Source: Thermoproteota archaeon (GTDB lineage: Archaea; Thermoproteota; EX4484-205; JAAOZP01). From it: a DNA stretch of 64,000 bases. The notes under the pieces were generated by a model that was not told the origin of the DNA, did not search any database, and saw only the letters and a list, made by a program, of their open reading frames with translations. Numbering within the stretch: position 1 is the stretch's first letter; each line of letters begins with the position of its first letter. The stretch covers positions 73,144 through 137,143 of the forward strand of contig JAWCDE010000001.1 in the NCBI GenBank assembly GCA_038861395.1. Direction: 5' to 3'. Positions 40,427 through 50,072 of this stretch are shown piece after piece. Both the position numbers and the translations under genes were made by a program.

Positions 40427-41961
40427 TTAGCACTCGCCTTTCTTATTTGTATCAGCCTGTTTGCACCATTCAGTATTGCGTAGACTCCTGCTAAAACAAT
40501 ATCTTTACTGAAGCCTTTTGCAGTAACACTCCTCCCTCCCTCATCGGAAACTCGGACAGTTACTTCCGCAAAAGCTTCTGTGCCGCCGGTTATCGCCTCC
40601 AGCCTGAAGCTTTCAAGCTTTATCTTTATCAAGTCCCCAAGAAGCTTGCCAACAGCTTTTATAGAAGCATCTATGGGGCCTACTCCAAACTCTGCCCCCC
40701 TCCAAGACTGGTCTCCCCACCTTATTTTTATCGTTGCCGTAGGAGTAATGTTTAGACCAGTGACTACCATAAATTCATCGAGTTCAATACGTTCTTTCTC
40801 ACTGATTCCATAGCCCATCACGCTCTCAGCTATGGAGGCAAGCTCGGCATCAGTAACCTTCTTACCCTGATCACCCATCTCCTTAACTATTTTCACTATT
40901 TTGTTAAGCTCTTCCTCGGTTGGAGTGTATCCCATTTCTTTCAATTGTGCAGAAATACCATGTGTTCCCGCATGCTTCCCTGCTACGATCCTTCTTTTAG
41001 TCCCGACGAATTCAGGGTCTATCGGCTCATAGGTCTCGGGGGAAGAGATTATGCCATGGGTATGTATTCCACTCTCATGCGAGAAAGCATTCTCCCCAAC
41101 TATCGGCTTGTTCACAGGTATTGTTATTCCAGTTATTGATGAGACCATTCGAGAGGTATCGTATATCTCCTTGAAATTTATACCTGTTTCTACGCCATAG
41201 AGCACTTTAAGGGAGACCGCTACTTCCTCGAGGCTCGCATTGCCAGCTCTTTCACCGAGACCATTAACTGTTACATGCGCCTCCGTAGCCCCGCCCTCGA
41301 TTCCTGCAAGAGTGTTTGCAACCGCCAACCCCATGTCGTTATGACAGTGGATCGCTATCGGAATCCTCAATGCTTCTCGTACCCTCCTAACTATTTCTCT
41401 CATGGCGAAGGGTGTTGCCACGCCAACGGTATCCGGTATGTCGACTATGTTTGCCCCCGCTTCCTCAACAGTCTTGTAGAACTCTACGAGGAAGTCTAAG
41501 TTTGTTCTAGTTGCATCTTCTGCGGAGAACTCTATTTTCATCCCGTAAGATTTTGCTAGGTCAATAGCCTCTACAGCTCTCTTAATTGCTTCCTCCCGGC
41601 TTATCTTGAGCTTCTTATTCAAATGTATATCTGAAGTGGCAATGAAAAGATGTATTCTTTGAGCGCCCGTTGAAGCAACCTTCTCTATATCCTGCTTCGA
41701 AGCTCTCGCTAAGGCGGTTATCTCCGCCTTCAACCCCTCCTTCACTATTTTCCTAACAGCCTCTTCTTCTCCAGGCGAAGTTACTGGAAAACCCGCCTCT
41801 ATTACAGGTACTCCAAGAATGTCAAGTTGTCTGGCTATCTTAAGCTTATCCTCAGGGGTAAGCGCTACGCCGGGGGTCTGCTCACCGTCTCTTAAAGTAG
41901 TGTCGAAAAGCACAACTTTCTCAGGTAGTTGGAACTCAGTAAAATATCCTCTCCAAACCAT
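40423..41961 (-). CDS. leuA: 2-isopropylmalate synthase (or citramalate synthase)
   Basis: N-terminal DTTLRDGEQ HMGL-like TIM barrel plus a C-terminal regulatory domain. 512 aa. 4-nt overlap with leuC. Confidence 0.85.
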   Translation of the reverse strand: MVWRGYFTEFQLPEKVVLFDTTLRDGEQTPGVALTPEDKLKIARQLDILGVPVIEAGFPVTSPGEEEAVRKIVKEGLKAEITALARASKQDIEKVASTGAQRIHLFIATSDIHLNKKLKISREEAIKRAVEAIDLAKSYGMKIEFSAEDATRTNLDFLVEFYKTVEEAGANIVDIPDTVGVATPFAMREIVRRVREALRIPIAIHCHNDMGLAVANTLAGIEGGATEAHVTVNGLGERAGNASLEEVAVSLKVLYGVETGINFKEIYDTSRMVSSITGITIPVNKPIVGENAFSHESGIHTHGIISSPETYEPIDPEFVGTKRRIVAGKHAGTHGISAQLKEMGYTPTEEELNKIVKIVKEMGDQGKKVTDAELASIAESVMGYGISEKERIELDEFMVVTGLNITPTATIKIRWGDQSWRGAEFGVGPIDASIKAVGKLLGDLIKIKLESFRLEAITGGTEAFAEVTVRVSDEGGRSVTAKGFSKDIVLAGVYAILNGANRLIQIRKASAK

Positions 41962-42130
41962 CGGACCAGCCTCCCAAAAACCTTATGAAACTATTAATTT
42001 CTCCGACTAGAGGTGTTTCTAAACTCTGTATGCAGGTAGTCTCGCCCCCTTAGGGCAGTATTTTTGCTGTACACGCGCTACACCTCCTCCCCTAACCCTC
42101 GGTTGAGCACTATATTAACCTTTCCATCAT

Positions 42131-42742
42131 CTAATGTTTTAAAAATTCTTCCAAACCATTCCTAACCATTACTATTCCAAAAGCCACTATTATGAGGTTG
42201 AATATTTTTGCAATAAGTTTTGACGGCGTTTTCCCTATGCTGGTCATAATCCTATCGCCGTTTAAAAGTATCACGTATGCTAAAACCGCATTAAGAATGA
42301 TTACAATTATACAGGTAAAAACATTGTAGGGAGGGTTGGATATTATGATGACAGTAGATATGCTTCCCGGTCCTGCCAGAAGCGGAGTTGCCAGTGGGAA
42401 AACAGATATTTCCTCGAATCTCTCGCTCCTGACCTCGCTCTCCTCCCCAACGATTATGTATTTTAGAGAGATTGCTACAAGCACTATTCCCGAGGCTATG
42501 TAGAAATCCGATAATCTTATTCCAAGGAAGCTGAACATAGCTGAGCCGAGCAGGGCGAAAAATATTAGGACACAAGTTGCCGCAACTACAGATTCCCATA
42601 TTATTTTCCTCCTTTTTTCTACGGGTGCAGATTCTAAGAAAGCGTGGAAAACAGGAACATTGCCGACAGAATCCAATATTGCAAATAGCAGAATGAAGGA
42701 TTTTACGAAATGCTCCAGCTCCACCATGAATTCAGGACCCAA
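42131..42742 (-). CDS. MarC-family (UPF0056) integral membrane protein
   Basis: A 203-aa protein with 6 TM segments and the N-terminal motif FAILDSVGNVPVF. Confidence 0.65.
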   Translation of the reverse strand: MGPEFMVELEHFVKSFILLFAILDSVGNVPVFHAFLESAPVEKRRKIIWESVVAATCVLIFFALLGSAMFSFLGIRLSDFYIASGIVLVAISLKYIIVGEESEVRSERFEEISVFPLATPLLAGPGSISTVIIISNPPYNVFTCIIVIILNAVLAYVILLNGDRIMTSIGKTPSKLIAKIFNLIIVAFGIVMVRNGLEEFLKH

Positions 42743-42772
42743 TTCCTGCTTTTAGACGTGCTGTCCGACTTA

Positions 42773-43084
42773 TTATTTCTTTTTATTGAAAATCGGTATT
42801 GTCTTAAGTTTTCCGCATTTCATGCAAATAATTCCCAGTCCCCTTTTCTTCAATATCCTAATCCGACAACCATGGCCCGGTATTAGGAAATTCTTACATT
42901 TACTACACCTAAAATACCTTCTAAGTATTGTTTTTCCCCTTATATTGAACTTCTCAGCTATTCTCCAAGCAAGCTTAATATATGACTCTGCATCGCTAAT
43001 GCTTTCACTCGCCGTATCTAGAGCCATTCCTATCAAAATATCTATTCGCTCGCGCGCTATTGCGATTGCTTTCTTTTTTACCAA
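42773..43084 (-). CDS. rnp4: RNase P protein component 4 (Rpp21/Rpr2)
   Basis: A 103-aa protein with an N-terminal helical region (ARERIDILIGMA...ISDAESYIKLAWRIAEKFNIR) and a C-terminal zinc ribbon (CSKC...CMKCG). Confidence 0.6.
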   Translation of the reverse strand: MVKKKAIAIARERIDILIGMALDTASESISDAESYIKLAWRIAEKFNIRGKTILRRYFRCSKCKNFLIPGHGCRIRILKKRGLGIICMKCGKLKTIPIFNKKK

Positions 43085-43126
43085 CTAAGCCTTATGCAGA
43101 AGAGGTAAATGGGTTATTAGGCTTTA

Positions 43127-43201
43127 TGCGGCGTCCGGGATTTGAACCCGGGATCCCCAGCTTGGAAGGCTGGTGTCCTAACCAGACTAGACGAACGCCG
43201 C
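43127..43201 (-). tRNA. tRNA-Gly (anticodon TCC), intronless
   Basis: Reverse complement: GCGGCGT-TC-GTCT-AGTCTGGTTA-GGAC-A-CCAGC-CTTCCAA-GCTGG-GGATC-CCGGG-TTCAAAT-CCCGG-ACGCCGC-A. Confidence 0.8.
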
Positions 43202-43307
43202 TGCTATTGTTTTAGAAAAAGATGAATAAAAGCTTTATCTTGATAACCATTGAAATCTCAAATCCGAGTTACTTGTTTTTATACACCTTAAACTTTTCAC
43301 TACAGTT

Positions 43308-43913
43308 ATGAGGAAAATCATAGTTGTTACTGGCACACCTGGAACCGGCAAAACATCTCTGTGCAGCTATGTAGTGAGAAAGAATAGAGGATGGGTGCAT
43401 CTTGACTTGGGAGAGTTTGCAATAGATTCGAATGCTGTAGTTGGCTACGACAGTATTATGAAAACTAGAATTGTGGATACAAACGTTCTGAAGAAGGCTT
43501 TACGAAAATATATTTTAAGCAAGCTTGAAGAGGATTTAAACCTCCTAATAGACGGCCATTATGCTGCGGAGGTTTCTCCAGCTGACTACGTGGACTGTTG
43601 TATCGTATTGAGATGCAGACCCGATGTTCTTTGGCATAGACTCAGGAAAATTAGAGGATACAATGAGGAAAAAGCGAGGGAGAATCTTGAATCAGAGCTT
43701 ACGGATTATTGCTACCTAAATGCTAAAAAATACTTGAAAAAAGTAAGGATCATACAGTTAGACACTACTAGGAAAAGCATTAAAAAACTCTATTACAGGT
43801 TTATGAAATGCTATAAGAATGACTTTAAATGTAAGAGTGATGAAGTGGATTGGATTAGCTATTTCTCTAAGCATTCCGAGAAGCTGAATCTCCTTTTTCG
43901 TTTGAATCGATAG
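43308..43913 (+). CDS. fap7: Fap7/adenylate-kinase-6-like NTPase with C-terminal extension
   Basis: P-loop VTGTPGTGKTS, the DGH motif, and LRCRPDVLWHRLRKIRGYNEEKARENLESEL, which matches the archaeal Fap7 lid region. The C-terminal 60 aa are AT-rich and overlap the convergent HerA-like gene by 47 nt. Confidence 0.6.
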   Translation: MRKIIVVTGTPGTGKTSLCSYVVRKNRGWVHLDLGEFAIDSNAVVGYDSIMKTRIVDTNVLKKALRKYILSKLEEDLNLLIDGHYAAEVSPADYVDCCIVLRCRPDVLWHRLRKIRGYNEEKARENLESELTDYCYLNAKKYLKKVRIIQLDTTRKSIKKLYYRFMKCYKNDFKCKSDEVDWISYFSKHSEKLNLLFRLNR

Positions 43914-45663
43914 ATAAAAGGATTGGTTTAGAAATGCCTTCAGCCGTTAAAAAGCCGTATCCCGGGGGAAGCCTCTTAAGAAGGTCATAATCTTCCTGAG
44001 GTAAACCCATTATATCCATTAGGATTCTCGACTCCTCCCCCTCGCATATTCTATGAGAGATTTTCAAACCGGTGGACTTTATTATTTCTGGAGAAATCTG
44101 TGACGGAAATTGTGATATAAGTATTAAACTTTCATTAAACTTCCTCATCTCTAAAAATAATTTTTCAGCTATAGTCGGTGGTGAATCACGCCTCCTGTAA
44201 GGAAGTATATTATGCGCTTCTTCTAATACGATGAAGTGGCGTTTTGCATTCCTATTCTTTAATCTAAATTCGTAAAGTAATGCTAAAATGAAAAGTGAAG
44301 TCAGTTTACGCATATCCACTTCTATGATATCTCCGAGCTCGAAAACAGTAATTCCTTCTAATATATCTTTGATGCTTATTAGCTTATCCCTATTGCAGAA
44401 AATTTCTCTGTTCTGTCCTGTTACTAGAGGCCTTAATCTTCTTAACAATGCAAACTTCGTCTCATTTTCATAGAATGATTTAATACTCCATTTCTCTAAT
44501 GTATCTATAAAGGAAACCAAAGGATCATGTGCTTTAATACCGAGCATGTTCTCTGTTAACGTTTGTAAAAGCACCTCTCTAAACATATATGATTGTGACG
44601 GCGTAAAATTATATATTTGATCAAAAATATCTGTAACTATTGCAACATGCTCAGATACATTGTTAGATTCAATAGGGTTAATTATATCTAGAGTGAAAGA
44701 CCCTAATCCTAAAATTCTTCCATTAAGCTCTTCTGCAAGATGACGGTATTCATTATGCCAGTCTAGAATCATTAAAGAATATCCCAATCTTGCTAATTCT
44801 CTTACTATATGTTTGGCGGTAGTTGTCTTTCCCGATCCTGTTGAACCATATATGGCGACATGCTTCTCAAACATATTGATCTTTAATTTTAACGGAGCAA
44901 TTTTAGAACCACTGAAAATAACCGATCCTAAATCTATTGTTTCTTTTTCCCCCTCATGTTCAATATAAGAATTTGAAGGAAGCAGGGAAGTATAGCCAGG
45001 TATATGCGGTGCGAGCGAATTTGCTAAATCTCTTGCTTTAGACTTTCCTAAGAAAGGTTTATCTATTAAAATACTGTTCAAATACTTAATAAGTTTCTCC
45101 CCCTTCAATCTGACTATTTTCAGTTCTGGAAAAGCAGTATTGTAAATAGATCTAATTTTTTCAATATCTGTTTCAAGCATTTTTATAGCTTCGTTAATGC
45201 CCTCTCGACCTATTTTTCTACTAACTATTAAAAGCTGCGTCAAATGAGCAGAGTCCTCAGAAGCCTCAATGGGAGAAATATGCGTTACGCATGTGAGTGA
45301 AACTCCGGACTTTAAAATACCGCTTATGAAACTCTGAACCTTCCGATAGTAATCGTCGGCTTTAATACTGCTTAATTCAGAGCTTTCTTCAGGAGATATT
45401 GAAACCCCTCCTATTATTAATTCAGAGGAGTCTGTTTTCACAATAAAGTATTTTTCGTCATTAATTGGTAGTATACTTTTAATAGATTTGGAGCGTTTTA
45501 ATAAAAACGCTATTATGATGGTTATTAGGGAGAATACTATAGGCAAAACAGCTGGAAAATAATTGTTGAAAGAAAAAGGCAAAGCGGTTATAATATGTTT
45601 AAACATCAATATGAGTAACACTATCAGAAATATGAAGTATATTGGATCTATTTTTTGATCCAT
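43867..45663 (-). CDS. Membrane-anchored HerA/VirB4-type (DUF87) ATPase, CedB/TrbE-like
   Basis: Two N-terminal TM helices, then a HerA-FtsK-superfamily core: Walker A AIYGSTGSGKTT followed by ILDWHNEY, and Walker B FIVLEEAHNIL. 598 aa. Last gene of the island operon. Confidence 0.7.
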   Translation of the reverse strand: MDQKIDPIYFIFLIVLLILMFKHIITALPFSFNNYFPAVLPIVFSLITIIIAFLLKRSKSIKSILPINDEKYFIVKTDSSELIIGGVSISPEESSELSSIKADDYYRKVQSFISGILKSGVSLTCVTHISPIEASEDSAHLTQLLIVSRKIGREGINEAIKMLETDIEKIRSIYNTAFPELKIVRLKGEKLIKYLNSILIDKPFLGKSKARDLANSLAPHIPGYTSLLPSNSYIEHEGEKETIDLGSVIFSGSKIAPLKLKINMFEKHVAIYGSTGSGKTTTAKHIVRELARLGYSLMILDWHNEYRHLAEELNGRILGLGSFTLDIINPIESNNVSEHVAIVTDIFDQIYNFTPSQSYMFREVLLQTLTENMLGIKAHDPLVSFIDTLEKWSIKSFYENETKFALLRRLRPLVTGQNREIFCNRDKLISIKDILEGITVFELGDIIEVDMRKLTSLFILALLYEFRLKNRNAKRHFIVLEEAHNILPYRRRDSPPTIAEKLFLEMRKFNESLILISQFPSQISPEIIKSTGLKISHRICEGEESRILMDIMGLPQEDYDLLKRLPPGYGFLTAEGISKPILLSIDSNEKGDSASRNA

Positions 45664-45667
45664 TATT

Positions 45668-45856
45668 TTAAGGAAGGAGCCATCCGAATAGGCTATAGCC
45701 TAAGTCGCTTACACCCTTTATTAGAGAGTTGAAGAAATTAGCTATGTTATCCACGATTTGTTTTGAAACCCCAAAGACTGCTCCAAGCATTACTAGTGCG
45801 AGTACAACAAGCAATCCCTCTTCTATTAATTGCGATCCCTTAATTCTCGTTTTCAA
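45668..45856 (-). CDS. Pilin-like small protein with a class III (prepilin-type) signal peptide candidate
   Basis: MKTRIKG|SQLIEEGLLVVLALVMLGAVFG: a basic leader, G at -1, then a hydrophobic helix. 62 aa. Sits between the TadC-like and HerA-like genes. Confidence 0.4.
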   Translation of the reverse strand: MKTRIKGSQLIEEGLLVVLALVMLGAVFGVSKQIVDNIANFFNSLIKGVSDLGYSLFGWLLP

Positions 45857-45920
45857 ATCTACATCACCTCATTTACAGAAGGAGATGAACAAAATATAAG
45901 CTCCAATGGAATTGAGACAT

Positions 45921-46694
45921 TCAAAATAGGAATGCTGTAAGTACTCTGTTAAATATTAGAAAAGAGAGTGCAAAACTAGTTATAGAGTATAATAATGTTT
46001 TCAAAAGCCTCTTATAAGAGAGAGAATAATGTACTAATATCGAAATGCTCAGTAAATACGTAAATAATGAAAATGTTTGCGATGCTTCTAATTGAAGAAT
46101 CGGCTTCGATGAAAGGGAAGAGAACATATTGATTACTGGTCCCGCTGCTGAAAGAAATCCCATTAAAAGAGCACTAACGATTAGCATTATTCTGGCTCTA
46201 AACCTTGCTTCTGAAAAAATGTTTCTCCTCTCATTTTTCAGTATCTCGTTTTCTTTCAGAATGATGATATATGTTTCTAAAACTTTTTTGGCAGAAGATG
46301 CATCCCTAACAAATAGGCTTGAAACGAGTCTCATCAATATTTTAATAGTTTTATCTGAAGATTTGGAATACTTTACTAAAGCTTTTCCTATTGGAAAACC
46401 GTTTATGTTGTCGTGAATAGCCTTTTCGAAAATCTTACGACAATTCGTTTCCTCGTTAATATCCGGAAATGATTTAAAAACTAAATTTTCCAAGTTTCCA
46501 GGATATTCGGATATCTTCTCTACTGCTCTCAAATCCAGTGCTTTTGGAGAATCCACATCATCTCCATTTTTGGTCAATATTAATGTATATACTAGAAGTT
46601 GTAATGAACTTATAGCTGGAATCTCGAGTTTTAAGATAAATGCTAAAATAAGAATTCCTGCTTCAATTAATATATAATAATAAATATTCCTCAA
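45921..46694 (-). CDS. TadC/FlaJ-like type IV pilus platform membrane protein (T2SS-F-like repeat), second half
   Basis: 257 aa: N-terminal TM pair, a soluble helical domain of about 130 aa, then C-terminal TMs. Confidence 0.45.
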   Translation of the reverse strand: MRNIYYYILIEAGILILAFILKLEIPAISSLQLLVYTLILTKNGDDVDSPKALDLRAVEKISEYPGNLENLVFKSFPDINEETNCRKIFEKAIHDNINGFPIGKALVKYSKSSDKTIKILMRLVSSLFVRDASSAKKVLETYIIILKENEILKNERRNIFSEARFRARIMLIVSALLMGFLSAAGPVINMFSSLSSKPILQLEASQTFSLFTYLLSISILVHYSLSYKRLLKTLLYSITSFALSFLIFNRVLTAFLF

Positions 46695-47272
46695 CCTAGT
46701 AATACACTCTTGATCTTTCTAATCTTATTAAAAAATATTCTAAATATCAGGGTATTGGAAATGAAAAAGATTGGCAGTAGTATATAGGAAGTCTGTGGCA
46801 GAAATTCTGAGATCAGTATAATTGGAGTTGGAACAAGGAAGATATAGAAGAAGAAAATAGAAACCAAAGAGTTAAGCTTTAAAGTATATTCTTGGTATTT
46901 CCTTCTTGCCTTTGATTCAAAAATCCTAAAGAGCACTAGAACTTCTTCTGAACTTATCTTCTTCGCATCGATGGAGAATGCTTGATCAATAATAGTTAAT
47001 AGTTCTGGCTCATTTTGTAAAGAATTTTTTATCATTTTTTGCATATCCTTTCCGTTTAAGTTCTTCTTAAGACATTTTCTTAATAAGCTGTAGATATTAC
47101 CGTATTCCTTTTTTGAAACGCTATAAAGTGTCTTATATAGATCATTATAAATTGTTTTAGCAGTAATGATATCCATTGCCAATGGAGTCACTATCTCATA
47201 ATGACTCTCTTCTTTTTTCCTTAATGGTGTTAAAATGTAAAGAAATGTTAAAAGATTCTTAATACTCTTCAT
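46691..47272 (-). CDS. TadB/FlaJ-like platform membrane protein, first half
   Basis: 193 aa with a cytoplasmic helical domain and C-terminal TMs. 4-nt overlap with the downstream half. Confidence 0.4.
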   Translation of the reverse strand: MKSIKNLLTFLYILTPLRKKEESHYEIVTPLAMDIITAKTIYNDLYKTLYSVSKKEYGNIYSLLRKCLKKNLNGKDMQKMIKNSLQNEPELLTIIDQAFSIDAKKISSEEVLVLFRIFESKARRKYQEYTLKLNSLVSIFFFYIFLVPTPIILISEFLPQTSYILLPIFFISNTLIFRIFFNKIRKIKSVLLG

Positions 47273-47277
47273 AGCTT

Positions 47278-49140
47278 CTATTTCCTCCCTAAAGTCTTCG
47301 AATAGGTTTCAAGAACAAGGCCCCTGATAACGGAGTTTTCTGAAAAACCGTGATTAATAATTATTCTTTTAATATCCTCATATATTTCTTGAAGAACATT
47401 TTCTTCAATACAGTTTAAACGTGCTAATTTTCTAAATATCTTTGAAGCGTTTAAATCATCATAATATGGAGAATTTTTCAAAAAATTATTATTAGCGTAA
47501 ACTTTCTTCAAACCAGAGTTCTCATCAACTATCTTTATCTCGCTTATAAACCGTTTAACCGTATTTCTCCATTCTAATCTCTTCATATTTATTATTAAGT
47601 CTAGCTCTGGTATGAGTAATTCTGGGATGCCGTATACTTTTACAAGCCTCTTAATAAACCCATTGCTATCGGAAGCGTGTGCAGTATGCATTATCCTGAG
47701 TCCAGCGGAAACTGCTCGAAACATTGCTTTTACATGCCCCCTGGTTTGGATCTCTCCAAGAATTAGATAAGAAGGGGTTCTGTGAAGTACCTTAATTATT
47801 TCGAGAGTTTTAGTATCCTTAGCCTCCCTGCTTTCCAATGGCTCGACAATGTATACTATCCTGTGTTGATCAGAAACTCTTGGAGGAAGCGTTTCAAGAG
47901 CGTCTTCTATATGCACTATGCGCCACCAAGGGGGCATGAAGTAGCTTAAAAAGTTTAAGAGAGAAGTTTTTCCAGAATTTGGTTCTCCAACTATAGATAT
48001 GTTGGCCCTGTTAAGCGTGGCAAAGATTAAGAAGGCAGCAGATTCTGGAGAAAAATAATGCGTCTCCAGAAGGTACTTGAGAGGAAGAACATTACTCATA
48101 TGCTTTCGTACATCTATAACTCCTTTACCCCAGGTTAGGGGAGGAATATCTACCGAAATTCTTATAGGTATTTTATCAAAAAATATGGAAGTCTTAATTG
48201 AAGGATTAGCATAATCCAGATTAAGGTTAGACTCTCTTTTGATCAGGGTTATGAAGCTTTCAAAATCCTTCTCTTGAAATTTGAGGTTTGTATCTAGTCT
48301 TCCAAAAACGGCGTGGTCTACATATAACTTTTCACCAACATTGTCTAAGAAGAAGTTTTGCACGTTATCATCGATTATTAAAGGAAAGATCTTGGATAAT
48401 CCAATCGAAGAATATAGAGCATGTTTAACAAGAGACTTCTTTACGGATTTCTCGATTTCTCTTAAAGTCAGAATGTTTAAGAATCTTAAACCAGTTTTAA
48501 GCCTATGTCTGTAAATTTGATCTAGTCTTCCACTCCTAAGCATTTCTTCAGAATAAGCATAACGTAAGAGTATCGAAAGCTCTTTATTAATCCAGAAATA
48601 ATCATCTGATAAGAAGGAAACTCTGTAAAGACTATTTCTTTCGTCTATTGAGTAGAGTAAGTGGCCTATTACGTATCTATGATCGTCTGAAAACTTCTTG
48701 TTAAAAACATTTTCCCTATCTTTAATACCGCATTTGGTCAATAACTCGCCGGGTATATTAAGTTCCAGCATCTGGTTTAAGTATTTTAAGTATAAGGTAC
48801 CGTAAGACGGAGTAATGCAGAGCTCTTTCTGAATGTCATCTAGGTTAGTGTAGTTATCACAATTTTTTTCAGCAAGAGCTCTATAACGCTTGTTTTTCTC
48901 TTCCATAACTCTTTGAGAGCATTTCTTTAGAAAATCTAAGCAATCTTTATTGACCTCGTACCATTCATCGTCAAGATAAACTATAATTCTTCTCGGGGAA
49001 AGATGTGTAAGCTTATGTATAATGCTGCAGAAAAGGGAAGAGTCGATTTTCTGAGCGGATAGGTAGAGAATTCTACTCCTAGCATTCCATGACCATGTTC
49101 TTCGTGCAAAAAATACGAGGCTTTCTCTAGTCTCGCTCAT
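47278..49140 (-). CDS. Type II/IV secretion system ATPase (FlaI/TadA/VirB11-GspE family) with a long N-terminal extension
   Basis: C-terminal domain with Walker A IVGEPNSGKTSLLN, the Asp box and LILGEIQTRG (GEIR-type motif), and the His box HTAHASDS. About 330 aa of N-terminal sequence of unknown family. 620 aa. Confidence 0.75.
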   Translation of the reverse strand: MSETRESLVFFARRTWSWNARSRILYLSAQKIDSSLFCSIIHKLTHLSPRRIIVYLDDEWYEVNKDCLDFLKKCSQRVMEEKNKRYRALAEKNCDNYTNLDDIQKELCITPSYGTLYLKYLNQMLELNIPGELLTKCGIKDRENVFNKKFSDDHRYVIGHLLYSIDERNSLYRVSFLSDDYFWINKELSILLRYAYSEEMLRSGRLDQIYRHRLKTGLRFLNILTLREIEKSVKKSLVKHALYSSIGLSKIFPLIIDDNVQNFFLDNVGEKLYVDHAVFGRLDTNLKFQEKDFESFITLIKRESNLNLDYANPSIKTSIFFDKIPIRISVDIPPLTWGKGVIDVRKHMSNVLPLKYLLETHYFSPESAAFLIFATLNRANISIVGEPNSGKTSLLNFLSYFMPPWWRIVHIEDALETLPPRVSDQHRIVYIVEPLESREAKDTKTLEIIKVLHRTPSYLILGEIQTRGHVKAMFRAVSAGLRIMHTAHASDSNGFIKRLVKVYGIPELLIPELDLIINMKRLEWRNTVKRFISEIKIVDENSGLKKVYANNNFLKNSPYYDDLNASKIFRKLARLNCIEENVLQEIYEDIKRIIINHGFSENSVIRGLVLETYSKTLGRK

Positions 49141-49283
49141 CTGTAGACAACCTTTAGGAAATTGCTTAGCTCACGATACTTTTTCTCCAAGCTTAAAACC
49201 CTGTTGTTGAGCTTGCTTAGACTAATCTTCAAATCCTCTATTTCTTGAATTATTGCATTAATTAATAGATCGTCTTTGGACAT
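49137..49283 (-). CDS. 48-aa coiled-coil micro-ORF translationally coupled (ATGA overlap) to the secretion ATPase
   Basis: Translated by hand: MSKDDLLINAIIQEIEDLKISLSKLNNRVLSLEKKYRELSNFLKVVYR*. Its TGA stop overlaps the ATG of the downstream ATPase gene. Not in the ORF track because it is under 60 aa. Confidence 0.35.
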   Translation of the reverse strand: MSKDDLLINAIIQEIEDLKISLSKLNNRVLSLEKKYRELSNFLKVVYR

Positions 49284-49371
49284 CACTTCTATTCTAAACT
49301 TTTAAAAAGAATATTTATCTGCCAATATTGACACTCATTGGAGGTTATAAGCATTCTTACAGAGATTTCTG

Positions 49372-49554
49372 TTGAATAATGAAAGAAAATTTCAAACTGG
49401 GAGGTTTAGAGAGATGAGTAATCTGTTAGAGAAAAGTCTGATAGTGCTTTTTTCAACAATAATCTTTGGAATTAGTATTGCTTACTTGCTTGATCAAGTA
49501 GTTCCTATGCTCAAGCAAATATACGATGTCGTAGTTAAACTGATTACTGGCTAA
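49372..49554 (+). CDS. Small membrane protein (pilin-like candidate)
   Basis: 60 aa with one hydrophobic helix (LIVLFSTIIFGISIAYLL) after a basic leader. First of four co-oriented small genes. Confidence 0.3.
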   Translation: MNNERKFQTGRFREMSNLLEKSLIVLFSTIIFGISIAYLLDQVVPMLKQIYDVVVKLITG

Positions 49555-49559
49555 CTCGG

Positions 49560-49955
49560 GTGAGATCATTGAGCGAAATACTTGAAGAACATTTGAAAGA
49601 TGCTTCATGGCTTTTTACATCACTTCTAATAGGAATTGTTATTTTTAATACTGCTTGTGTTCTGAAAACGGATTTCTTGAAAAATATCTTTGAAAGCATA
49701 TTTTTAGTAATAAAACAATACGCCGTCCTTTCGGAGGAGCATGGATGTACTTTCACTCTGTTAATGCCAAGTCCTCCCTTAATTAATTATTCCATTATGC
49801 TTGACGGCAACAAGTATTACATTATTATTCATGGGATCTGTGTTTTCGAGGGGGAAGAGGAATATTATTACTTTAATAGAGTCATTTTAGAACCTGGAGG
49901 CAAATATTTTGTAAAAGCATCAGGTAGGGAGGTTGTATTTACTAGGCATGAGTGA
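49560..49955 (+). CDS. Small protein with N-terminal TM helix (pilin-like candidate)
   Basis: 131 aa. GTG start. The hydrophobic segment WLFTSLLIGIVIF lies near the N-terminus. Confidence 0.3.
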   Translation: MRSLSEILEEHLKDASWLFTSLLIGIVIFNTACVLKTDFLKNIFESIFLVIKQYAVLSEEHGCTFTLLMPSPPLINYSIMLDGNKYYIIIHGICVFEGEEEYYYFNRVILEPGGKYFVKASGREVVFTRHE

Positions 49956-50072
49956 TAAGCTACTCGAATCACTATTCTCCTCAATCGTAGTCTTGCTGAT
50001 AATAATCGAACTTGGTTTGGCTCTTTTGCTTACCTTACATAATATATCTATTATGATGGGCTTCATTAAAAG

